From Macrostomum lignano (taxonomy: Eukaryota), in assembly GCA_002269645.1 (NCBI GenBank), contig NIVC01000019.1, forward strand, positions 992,001 through 1,056,000: a DNA stretch of 64,000 bases. Reading direction: 5' to 3'. The position numbers and the translations under genes were made by a program. Of this stretch, positions 1 to 11,165 are shown piece after piece. The first letter of the stretch is position 1. Every line of letters begins with the position of its first letter. The notes beneath the pieces are model-generated. The model made no database searches and was not told the origin of the DNA. It saw only the letters and a program-made list of their open reading frames with translations.

Positions 1-752
1 TCTTTTCAGTTTTGGCGCTTCTCTCTCTTTCTCTCTCTACAGTTTTGGCGCCTCACTCTACAGTTTTGGCGCCTTTCTCTCTACAGTTTTGGCGCCTTTC
101 TCTCTACAGTTTTGGCGCCTTTCTCTCTACAGTTTTGGCGCCTCTCTCTCTACAGTTTTGGCGCCTTTCTCTCTACAGTTTTGGCGCCTTTCTCTCTACA
201 GTTTTGGCGCCTCTCTCTACAGTTCTGGCGCCTCACTCTCTACAGCTTTGGCGCCTCTCTCTCTACAGTTTTGGCGCCTTTCTCTCTACAGTTTTGGCGC
301 CTCACTCTACAGTCTTGGCGCCTTTTTCTCTACAGTTTTGGCGCCTTTCCCTCTACAGTTCTGGCGCCTCATTCTACAGTTTTGGCGCCTCTCTCTCTAC
401 AGTTTTGGCGCCTTCATCTCTACAGTTTTGGCGCCTTTATCTCAACAGCTTTGGCGCCTCACTCTACAGTTTTGGCGCCTCTCTCTACAGTTTTGGCGCC
501 TCTCTCTCTACAGTTTTGGCGCCTTCATCTCTACAGTTTTGGCGCCTTTATCTCTACAGTTTTGGCGCCTCACTCTACAGTTTTGGCGCCTCTCTCTACA
601 GTTTTGGCGCCTTATCTCTACAGTTTTGGCGCCTTTCTCTCTACAGTTTTGGCGCCTTTCTCTCTACAGTTTTGGCGCCTTTCTCTCTACAGCTTTGGCG
701 CCTTTCTCTCTACCGTTTTGGCGCCTCTCCCTACAGTTTGGCGCCTTTTTCT
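1..752. repeat. Minisatellite, about 23-27 bp unit CTCTCTACAGTTTTGGCGCCT(TT)
   Basis: Tandem units visible directly; truncated by the window start. Confidence 0.95.
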
Positions 753-1489
753 ACTTTTATTGCAGAGAATTATTTACCCGATCAGTGCGACTTTCACATC
801 GATTTGAATCATTTGGTCTGTCTAAACAGGCTTGGACAATCATAGCGGTGGAACGCTGAACAGTCTGACAGTCAGGGGCCTCGGGCGGAATTTTCCAACA
901 ACGCCGAGAGCACCAGAGCCGAGTCTCCTCAACCCCTCGAGCAAAATTATCATCAGGTGTTAATTATAGAACAGCCCAACCGTGGAACGAGACAGAGTGC
1001 TACTAAGTGACTGGGGTTCCGCAATGTTTACTAAATAGAAATCCAATTCTCCAGTTTATCTGGGAGCTGCATTGCAGATCTTTTAGCCTTGAGAAGAGAT
1101 GGCGATCAGACCATAGGTGAGAGTGATTGTGCAAGGCTGAGATTGCAACGCTTTGATAGGCCCTGTTTAGTGTGAATAATTGATCTGATAAGGCAGTCTC
1201 AGTGGACACGGTCGTATTTATTAGACTCTTATCTGTTATCTGTGTCCTCTGTGTGTGATTGTTATGATCTCGGCGGCAAATATTGACTCATTTGGGCAGA
1301 CTCAATTATTCTGAGTAAGCCCCCCCCCTGCAAACCAGAGTATAGGCAATAGACAAGAGACCATTTATAAAAAAACAACAAAACAGAGACTTAGCACTCA
1401 TATTTCAGAGCACCAATTTACCTGTTTAATTATTTTGCAAACGGCGTTTTATGATACAGACTTGATTTTGGCCTAGTAGGGTGTTGCGG

Positions 1490-1992
1490 GCGCCTGAAGG
1501 TCTGAGGAAGGTATTAGAGGCTCACTGAAGGAGATTTGAGGAAGATATTAGATTCTCATTGAAGGAGATCTGAAGGAGGTATTAGAGGCTCATTGAAGGA
1601 GACCTGAGGGGGGTATTAAAGGCTCATTAAAGGAGATCTAAGGGAGATATTAGAGGTTCATTGAAGGAGATCTGAGGGAGATATTAGAGGCCCCCTGAAG
1701 GAGATCTGAGGGGGGTATTAGGGCTCACTGAAGGAGATCTGAGGGGGTATTAGAGGCTCATTGAAGGAGATCTGAGGAAGATATTAGAGGCTCATTAAAG
1801 GAGATCTGAGGGAGATATTAGATTCTCATTGAAGAAGATCTGAAGGAGGTATTAGAGGCTCACTGAAGGAGACCTGAAGGAGGTATTAGAGGCTCACTGA
1901 AGGAGACCTGAAGGAGGTATTAGAGGCTCACTGAAGGAGACCTGAAGGAGGTATTAGAGGCTCACTGAAGGAGATCTGAGGGAGGTATTAGA
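1490..1992. repeat. Minisatellite, about 34 bp unit GAGGCTCACTGAAGGAGATCTGAGGGAGGTATTA
   Basis: About 14 diverged tandem units. Confidence 0.9.
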
Positions 1993-2397
1993 GACGACAT
2001 CTGCTTGAAGTTCTGCTCGTCCGAAATTTCTCTGGCGTCCGTCCAAGAGCACCGCAAATCAGAGGGGAAATTGTGTTTACCGGGTTTTCTACAGAGACAA
2101 AAAATATCCCGAATTCAGCTTGTAAAATAAGATAAGGCCGCCGTTAGGCCAAGGCATGGGAACAGAATTTCAGACAATTATCAATGAGCCGCATAATTCT
2201 TATCGGCGGGGGTCTGGGTGGCTACTGCGACAGAACAAGGAGCCTGCTTGTTAACAGTGTACAAGCTATACGATATTCTTGAGTTGACTTCCTGAATTAC
2301 TTTATTTTTTTGTTTTGATCACAAGAGACAGCTGATATGCGTGGGTGGCCGCAGTTGCATTTTAAAGGTTACTGTAACATTATCTATGAAATTTCCA

Positions 2398-2648
2398 TGA
2401 AGATAGAAGATAGAAGATAGAAGACAGAAAGAAGATAAAAGATAGAAGGTAGAAGATAAAGATAGAAGATAGAAGAAGAAGATAGAAGATAGAAGATAGA
2501 AGATAGAAGATAGAAGATAGAAGATAGAAGATAGAAGACAGAAGATAGAAAACAGAAAATAGAAGATAGAAGACAGAAGATAGAAAACAGAAAATAGAAG
2601 ATAGAAGACAGAAGATAGAAGATAGAAGATAGAAGATAGAATATAGAA
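2398..2648. repeat. (GATAGAA)n microsatellite
   Basis: 7-bp tandem unit. Confidence 0.92.
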
Positions 2649-3008
2649 TATCAAAATTTTCCCCTTGCTTTGGCCAAAGACCGGAAGTGCGGGCTTGTAA
2701 AAAATATAACCCAGTGCTGGAACCTGCGGTCTGGACCATGCTGGGCCCAATGGAAGTCAAGGATATCCTCATTGAAGCTATACGATGAAGTTACTTTAGT
2801 ACATCTGCATTCTATTATTATAGGGTCTGTTTGTTAAAAGCAAAATATTAAATAGTGAATATAAATTCAGCGTATAAATTCAGTAAATCTTCAGTTTATG
2901 CAACTAGGTTTTCTAATATTATCTGCAATTCACTGAAGCTTTGTTCAGTGAAATTAATCTTTCTCTTTAGCTGTGATCGTTGGTGGGTCCAGGTGACTTA
3001 CCGAAATA

Positions 3009-4808
3009 TGGCACCCTCAGATTGGCGCCCTCAGATTGGCACCCTCAGATTGGCGCCCTCAGATTAGCACCCTCAGATTGGCGCCCTCAGATTGGCGCCC
3101 TCAAATTGACGCCCTCAGATTGACGCCCTCAGATTGGCGCCCTCAGATTGGCGCCCTCAGATTGACGCCCTCAGATTGGCACCCTCAGATTGGCGCCCTC
3201 AGATTGGTGCCCTCAGATTGACGCCCTCAGATTGGCGCCCTCAGATTGGTGCCCTCAGATTGGCACCCTCAGATTGGCGCCCTCAGATTGACGCCCTCAG
3301 ATTGGCGCCCTCAGATGGACGCCCTCAGATTGACGCCCTCAGATTGACGCCCTCAGATTGGCGCTCTCAGATTGACGCCCTCAGATTGACGCCCTCAGAT
3401 TGGCGCCCTCAGATTGGCGCCCTCAGATTGACGCCCTCAGATTGGCACCCTCAGATTGGTGCCCTCAGATTGGTGCCCTCAGATTGACGCCCTCAGATTG
3501 GCGCCCTCAGATGGACGCCCTCAGATTGGCGCCCTCAGATTGGCGCCCTCAGATTGACGCCCTCAGATTGGCACCCTCAGATTGGTGCCCTCAGATTGGT
3601 GCCCTCAGATTGACGCCCTCAGATTGGCGCCCTCAGATGGACGCCCTCAGATTGACGCCCTCAGATTGGCGCCCTCAGATTGGCGCCCTCAGATTGGCGC
3701 CCTCAGATTGACGCCCTCAGAGTGGCGCTCTCAGATTGACGCCCTCAGATTGACGCCCTCAGATTGGCGTCCTCAGATTGGCGCCCTCAGATTGGCGCCC
3801 TCAGAGTGGCGTCCTCAGATTGGCGCCCTCAGATAGGCGCCCTCAGATTGACGCCCTCAGATTGACGCCGTCAGATTGGCACCCTCAGATTGGCACCCTC
3901 AGATTGGCGCCCTCAGATTGACGCCCTCAGATTGGCGCCCTCAGATGGACGCCCTCAGATTGACGCCCTCAGATTGGCGCCCTCAGATTGGCGCCCTCAG
4001 ATTGGCGCCCTCAGATTGACGCCCTCAGAGTGGCGCTCTCAGATTGACGCCCTCAGATTGACGCCCTCAGATTGGCGTCCTCAGATTGGCGCCCTCAGAT
4101 TGGCGCCCTCAGAGTGGCGTCCTCAGATTGGCGCCCTCAGATAGGCGCCCTCAGATTGACGCCCTCAGATTGACGCCGTCAGATTGGCACCCTCAGATTG
4201 GCACCCTCAGATTGGCGCCCTCAGATTGACGCCCTCAGATTGGCGCCCTCAGATGGACGCCCTCAGATTGACGCCCTCAGATTGACGCCCTCAGAGTGGC
4301 GCTCTCAGATTGACGCCCTCAGATTGGCGCCCTCAGATTGGCGCCCTCAGATTGACGCCCTCAGATTGGCGCCCTCAGATTGGCGCCCTCAGATTGGCGC
4401 CCTCAGATTGGTGCCCTCAGATTGACGCCCTCAGATTGGCGCCCTCAGATGGACGCCCTCAGATTGACGCCCTCAGATTGGCGCCCTCAGATTGGCGCCC
4501 TCAGATTGGCGCCCTCAGATTGACGCTCTCAGATCGGCGCCCTCAGATTGACGCCCTCAGATTGACGCCCTCAGATTGGCGCCCTCAGATTGGCGCCCTC
4601 AGAGTGGCGTCCTTAGATTGGCGCCCTCAGATAGGCGCCCTCAGATTGACGCCCTCAGATTGACGCCCTCAGATTGGCACCCTCAGATTGGCACCCTCAG
4701 ATTGGCGCCCTCAGATTGGCGCCCTCAGATTGGCGCCCTCAGATTGACGCTCTCAGATCGGCGCCCTCAGATTGGCGCCCTCAGATTGACGCCCTCAGAT
4801 TGGCGCCT
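3009..4808. repeat. 14-bp minisatellite CAGATTGGCGCCCT, about 128 units, with a 308-bp higher-order period
   Basis: Tandem units; near-identical ORF translations recur at 3582, 3890 and 4198. Confidence 0.95.
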
Positions 4809-5485
4809 TTAGTTGTATTCGAAAAGCTAAAATAAAATTGACCGCAGAAAATGGCCAATATGTAAGCATCAAAATACTGATTCTAGGCTTCTACAAGGAG
4901 AAGCCTCCTACAGTGTCTAAAAATGGGGATTTCGCTGCTAAAAGCAGACAGAATTTTGCACTGGCCCAGCCGAAGGGAAACAAACAACTGAGAGGCAAAA
5001 AATGAGGACAAGCAGAGAAGGCGCGAAGCACACGCGTCGAGAATTTGCTGCTTGGATACCGGGGCGTGCCTCTTTTGCATTGCCTGGCCCAGATACGGGA
5101 GCAGCATAGCAATGGAAGTTTTTGTATATTATATGCTCGTATGAATGCATGCATAATAAGTAAAATACTGCGCTGGTCAAATAATTGGGTCAGAGAGGCG
5201 GCAACAGAGAGCGGAGAACCGAACTTCCTGACAGCCGCAGGGGAGCGTGTCAGGGTATTGAATTTCTGCTTTTGCCACCAATGGAAAATATGAAACCAAG
5301 CGGTTGAATATTATTCTGCTTGGCTGAGAAGTTTCAAACAGACTCGATGGCAATGCATACGACTGGATCCTCGCTGCGCAAATCGTTAGATGACTTTCTG
5401 TATTGCCTCAAAATTTTTGTGGAATGAGAAATGATGAGACATGAACTATGATTTTAAAGGAAGGTTGTGAGGTAAAGTATGGGGT

Positions 5486-6560
5486 AGTGTGAGAGAGTAT
5501 GAGGGTTTGTGTGAGGGAGATTATGAGAGAGAGTGTGAGAGAGAGTATGAGGGAGAGTGTGAGGGTGAGTGTGAGGGAGATTATGAGAGAGAGTATGAGG
5601 GAGAGTGTGAGGGAGAGTATGAGGGAGAGTGTAAGGGAGAGTATGAGGGAGAGTGTGAGGGAGATTATGAGAGAGAGTGTGAGAGAGAGTATGAGGGAGA
5701 GTGTGAGGGTGAGTGTGAGGGAGATTATGAGAGAGAGTGTGAGAGAGAGTATGAGGGAGAGTGTGAGGGTGAGTGTGAGGGAGAGTATGAGGGTGAGTGT
5801 GAGGGAGAGTATGAGAGAGAGTGTGAGAGAGAGTATGAGGGAGAGTGTGAGAGAGAGTATGAGGGAGAGTGTGAGGGTGAGTGTGAGGGAGAGTATGAGG
5901 GTGAGTGTGAGGGAGAGTATGAGGGTTTGTGTGAGGGAGATTATGAGAGAGAGCGTGAGAGAGAGTATGAGGGAGAGTGTGAGGGTGAGTGTGAGGGAGA
6001 TTATGAGAGAGAGTATGAGGGAGAGTGTGAGGGAGAGTATGAGGGAGAGTGTGAGAGAGAGTATGAGGGAGAGTGTGAGGGTGAGTGTGAGGGAGAGTAT
6101 GAGGGAGAGTGTGAGGGTGAGTGTGAGGGAGATTATGAGAGAGAGTATGAGGGAGAGTGTGAGGGAGAGTATGAGGGAGAGTGTAAGGGAGAGTATGAGG
6201 GAGAGTGTGAGGGAGATTATGAGAGAGAGTGTGAGAGAGAGTATGAGGGAGAGTGTGAGGGAGATTATGAGAGAGAGTGTGAGAGAGAGTATGAGGGAGA
6301 GTATGAGGGTGAGTGTGAGGGAGAGTATGAGGGAGAGTGTGAGGGAGAGTGTGAGGGAGAGTATGAGGGAGAGTGTGAGGGAGAGTGTGAGGGAGAGTGT
6401 GAGGGACAGTATGAGGGAGAGTGTGAGAGAGAGTGTGAGAGAGAGTGTGAGGGAGAGTGTGAGGGAGAGTATGAGGGAGAGTGTAAGGGAGAGTATGAGG
6501 GAGAGTATGAGGGAGAGTATGAGGGAGAGTGTGAGGGAGAGTATGAGGGAGAGTATGAGT
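5486..6560. repeat. 12-bp minisatellite GAGGGAGAGT(G/A)T
   Basis: Tandem units. Confidence 0.95.
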
Positions 6561-7164
6561 AAGGTTGTGAGGGAATCAAGATATTGAGGAATCCGGTGAC
6601 AATGAGAAGCAAAGGGTGTTCGGCAAGCCGAAGTATATATGAATATAAAAGGTGGCAGAAAGAGGTTGAGATGGCCTGAGCAAAAAACATAGAAAGGGCG
6701 CACAGCACAAGTGAAGCAGACAAACTGCCAGAATGAGAAGACAGAGAGTAGGAGAACAAAGACTTTCAATTATCTGGTTGATTTCGCAACAGCTTTGAGC
6801 CGCTCCTGTTGACACAATTAAAATTCGCACCCAAGCGTTGCTCAGTTCGGAAGAAAGCAGATGATGCATTTATTCGAGACCCATTTGTCAACCAAGAATG
6901 GGATTCCCCAGCCCAAAACTTAATCCCCGATCTCCACTTTAATGTATTTTTCGTCTACTTTATGACCGCTTCAGCGAGCATTTCTGCTGGAACACTTGAC
7001 TGCCTGATTGCTGCTCAACCCAGCAAGCAGACAAATGGGCGGCATCGCAATTCGAAACTGCATGGTTGCGCAATGCTTTCTGACGAGCTCGTCGCCTGAT
7101 GTACGCAATTAGGGGGCTTTTTCAGGAGAAATTCGAGAGATGTAGATAGCCAGCTTCTCAACTA

Positions 7165-7630
7165 ATTTTCCTGACACCTTGCAATACCCCTGACCCTTCT
7201 AATATCCTGACTGCTTCTAATACCCCGACCATTCTTCCGCATGTAATATCTCCCTGACCCTTCTTCCGCACGTACATGTAATACCCCCGACTACCCGCAT
7301 GTAATACCCGTGACCATTCTTCCGCATGCAATACCCCTGACCATTCTTCTGCATGTAATACCCCTGACCATTCTTCCGCATGTAATATCTCCCTGACCCT
7401 TCTTCCGCACGTACATGTAATACCCCCGACTACCCGCATGTAATACCCGTGACCATTCTTCCGCATGCAATACACCTGACCATTCTTCTGCATGTAATAC
7501 CCCTGACCATTCTTCTGCATGTAATACCCCTGATCATTTTTCCGCATGTAATACCCCTGACCCTTCTTCCGCATTTAATTACCCCTGACCCTTTCGAACT
7601 TCGACTTCTTCTAATGACCCTGACCCTTCA
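7165..7630. repeat. About 27-bp minisatellite CCCCTGACCATTCTTCCGCATGTAATA
   Basis: Tandem units with variants. Confidence 0.9.
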
Positions 7631-7839
7631 TTCACTGAGCCAAAAAGTAGACTGACCTCCTAGTAGTCCCTGGCCTGTTCTCAATAACTGAGTTCTCATC
7701 TCAGTTTCAATTTCTCAAACAACTTCATAGCCAAACAAAACAATAAGATCGAGCCAAGCAGGTTAAGAGAAACATTTTTAGGTGGGAAAAACTCGCTGCA
7801 ACACACAGCTGCGTGTAGCAGGCGCGCCTCGCTTGTGCA

Positions 7840-7845
7840 TTTATT
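7840..7845 (-). terminator. Candidate polyadenylation signal of the RhoGAP gene
   Basis: AATAAA on the minus strand about 350 nt after the stop, in AT-rich sequence. Confidence 0.4.
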
Positions 7846-8197
7846 TATATAGTGTGCAAACTAGCTATAATAATTATTTAATAAAAAACAATAACCATCA
7901 TTCATCTTCTACTCTCTAAGAATGGCTGCACAGAGTGAGAACGCGTGCGCTAAAAGCGATTGATTACGCAATATGCAGTACTAATAATGGCTACCAGTGC
8001 TATACAAGTTTTAAAATAAATATTTACAAAACGCATCGAATGCTAAAATTAATTACAGACAGCGTAAAACCTAAATAATTAAAGTACTGTACGCTCTTTG
8101 CTGAGATTGATAAAAGCTTATAACTTTGATAAAACAAAGTATGCAACAGGTAAAAGTGGGCGCATCCGATAAAAGTACATCTGCAGCGGTTTTGCTT

Positions 8198-8818
8198 CTA
8201 GAGTGCGGTTTCTTGGAAATGCAGCTTCCTCGTGGCGGCTGCAGCGGCGGCCGAGGCTGCCAGAAACGCCGGCGGACTCTCGAAGATGGTCGAGCAGCAC
8301 GACTGACGGGACTGCATCGGCGACTGTGGCGACTGCGGCGAAATCGGCGACTGCGGCGATTGAGGCGACGGCGAGGACAGACAGGCGGCGTGGTCAGTGA
8401 AGATCAACCGCGGCGAGGAGACGCTCAGAAGGCGGGGCAGCGAGCGGCTGCCTGCGGAGGCCACGGCGGAGCTGCAACCGCGAGTCAGGCGGCGTCGTTT
8501 TGCCGGCATCGACGACTGCTGCTGGCGCCGCCTGGACATCGACATGGTCTCCGACCTCGACTTTTTCTTGGGAGTTGGTGCCGACGGCGTCACAGTGGCT
8601 TCTTCGGCTAACAGATGATCGAAGTTGAGCCTCGCTGGCAGCTCCGGCTGCTGCTGCTGCTGAAGGTCCTCCGGGAAGCGGTGGCGCTGCTGCTGGCAGG
8701 CGCGATAGACCCGGATGCTGGACAGCGCCCGGATGAGGCGCCGGTCGCGATTGAAAAATCGACCAACCGGCGTCGCGCCGACCTCCGCGGCGGCTTCGGC
8801 AACTTCGTCGTCCGGGAT
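8198..8818 (-). CDS. ARHGAP19: RhoGAP exon 9 (terminal, low-complexity tail ending ETAL*)
   Basis: Strong pyrimidine tract plus CAG, stop TAG at 8200-8198. Confidence 0.8.
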   Translation of the reverse strand: MPDDEVAEAAAEVGATPVGRFFNRDRRLIRALSSIRVYRACQQQRHRFPEDLQQQQQPELPARLNFDHLLAEEATVTPSAPTPKKKSRSETMSMSRRRQQQSSMPAKRRRLTRGCSSAVASAGSRSLPRLLSVSSPRLIFTDHAACLSSPSPQSPQSPISPQSPQSPMQSRQSCCSTIFESPPAFLAASAAAAAATRKLHFQETAL

Positions 8819-11110
8819 CTGCGGAAGGAAAAAAATTAAATTGGTTTTTTTAATGAGAATTGTCTCGAGACATTCCACTCAACTTTTCCCATCCCTCGGG
8901 AGTGACGCAACTCAGGTGAGTATGGTGTGAGAATCCCACTGCCGGACACCTTCCCCACCCCCTAATCATTATCCCTTGAAGGTTTTTTATCCCGATTTCC
9001 CAATTTTTTCCTGATTGCGTCGGGCTGGGAGGCAGGAATTGCGCAGGCGGGACCTGAGGTGGGAAATTAAAGCAGCTCTATCTACCAACCCCACCCACTC
9101 ATTACTCAGGGGGATTTTGGAAGTGAAAAAAACAAGATGAGAAGTTTTCGATTTTGCTTACCTCGGCTACTCCAATCTCGTCGACGCTCATGAGCTTGGC
9201 GCAGCTGCGCATTGCCGCGCGGTGGAAGCGCTTCTGAAATTTTGTATGGAGAATGTGAGGGGCGTGAGTAGAGACTGCAGGGTTTGCTGAGGCATTTGAA
9301 ATGGTCACCGAAGGATCTGAGGGGTCACTGAAGGATCTGAGGGGTCACTGAAGGATCTGAGGGGTCACTGAAGGATCTGAGGGGTCACTGAAGGATCTGA
9401 GGGGTCACTGACGGATCTGAGGCGTCACTGACGGATCTGAGGAGTCACTGAAGGATCTGAGGAGTCACTGAAGGATCTGAGGGGTCACTGAAGGATCTGA
9501 GGGGTCACTGACGGATCTGAGGCGTCACTGACGGATCTGAGGAGTCACTGAAGGATCTGAGGCGTCACTGACGGATCTGAGGCGTCACTGACGGATCTGA
9601 GGCGTCACTGACGGATCTGAGGCGTCACTGACGGATCTGAGGAGTCACTGAAGGATCTGAGGGGTCACTGAAGGATCTGAGGGGTCACTGAAGGATCTGA
9701 GGAGTCACTGAAGGATCTGAGGAGTCACTGAAGGATCTGAGAGGTCACTGAAGGTGGCACTAAAGGAGTCACTGAAGGAAGCAAGCCAGACTCACCCTGA
9801 ACGATGCGAACTGCTTCAGCTTCGAACTGGCAGCGGCGCCAACATCGGTGGCGGTGGCAGTAGCGGCGGCGGCGCCAGCTTTTGCACAGCCGACCATGCC
9901 GAGGCGCTCCATCTCGTTGAGTCGCTTCTCTAAACGGCGCTTCTCCCTGGAGTCGGGCAGGCGGCGGATGTGGGCGCACAGGGCCTGCAGTTGGTGCCGG
10001 CCGTAGGCCGAGGCCGGCTGGTACCGGCGCGGCTCGGAGAAGCGCACGTTCGTGTCCAGGGCTTCGTCTAAGGAGCCACTGGATCCGGCGACGGCGCCGG
10101 CATCGGCTAGGGAGAATGCATCGTCGCCGTCGGCAAACAGAATGCCGCCGACGCAGCCGCTTGGGCTTTGACCAGCGTAGGAATCCGGCGAGGACGCCCA
10201 GCAAGCCGCGTCGTTGGCAACCGCCGGCGACGGGGAGGTCGAGCCGGACAGCTGACGGCGAGGCGTCGAGGCCAGCTGCTTGCCAGCGTTGCGAAGGACG
10301 TCGTCGGCAAGGGATCGGGGGATCTGAATGCGGGAATGGGAAAATATTTAATATATATTAAATGAACTTTTCGGAGTGCAGGTATGTACTTTTGCTTGAA
10401 ATGTACTTTTACTTGAAATGTACTTTTACTTGAAATGTACTTTTACTTGAAATGTACTTTACTTTAAATGTACTTTTACTTGAAATGTACTATGTTTAGG
10501 CGTACTTTTGTGTTTGAATGTACTTAGGGTTTGGGTGTCCCATCTGCGTTGACCTAAAACAGATTTTTTAAAAGCATTGAGCTAAGTAAACTCACCTCAG
10601 CCAGTTGGCAACAGTTGCTAATCAGGAAGGTGGCCGAACGATTCAGACCGTCGATTTGCTGTCGCTGAGCTGGAGAAGCCATTTCGACCTGCTGCTGCTG
10701 CTGCAGAGAAACAAGGGGTTTGGGGATGTGGTTTGTGAGACTGCGGATCTGGGAACTGCCGGCACCTTTAAGGATTGTGGATTATAAACTTGAACCAATT
10801 AGTAACAAGACTGAACCACTCACCAGCTTGTCAATCAGCGGTGACCCGAACAGCACGGGTCCGAACACGGTGCCCAGATTGTCGGCGCCCATCCGGCTGA
10901 AGGCGCTGGCACCAGCAACGCGGCGCAGAAGGCGCAGCAAGCGGTGCAGCAGCTCGAGACAGGGCTCCGGCAGGAGCTGGGCAAACAGACGGAGCGCCTT
11001 CAGCTGACGGCTGCGGGCCAGCTGAGACCGGAGCTGCGCCTCCGGCTGCTGCTGCTGGCTGACGGGTGCCGAGCCCGCCGAGTCTGCAGGTAGATAGATA
11101 GATAGATAGG

Positions 11111-11165
<55 letters not shown>

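Noticed and set aside
860-2790. Protein-like short frames with possible splice sites (about 862-955, 1993-2130, 2710-2790)
   Set aside because: Could not be chained with consistent phases or matched to any family.
6638-6735. YEYKRWQKEVEM, reminiscent of an LTR-retrotransposon gag N-terminus
   Set aside because: Immediately interrupted by stops; no LTRs, protease or RT nearby; too short to support.
5408-6769. EGEC/YE-rich and LSLT-rich ORFs resembling acidic or membrane proteins
   Set aside because: Pure 12-bp tandem repeat, open in multiple frames.
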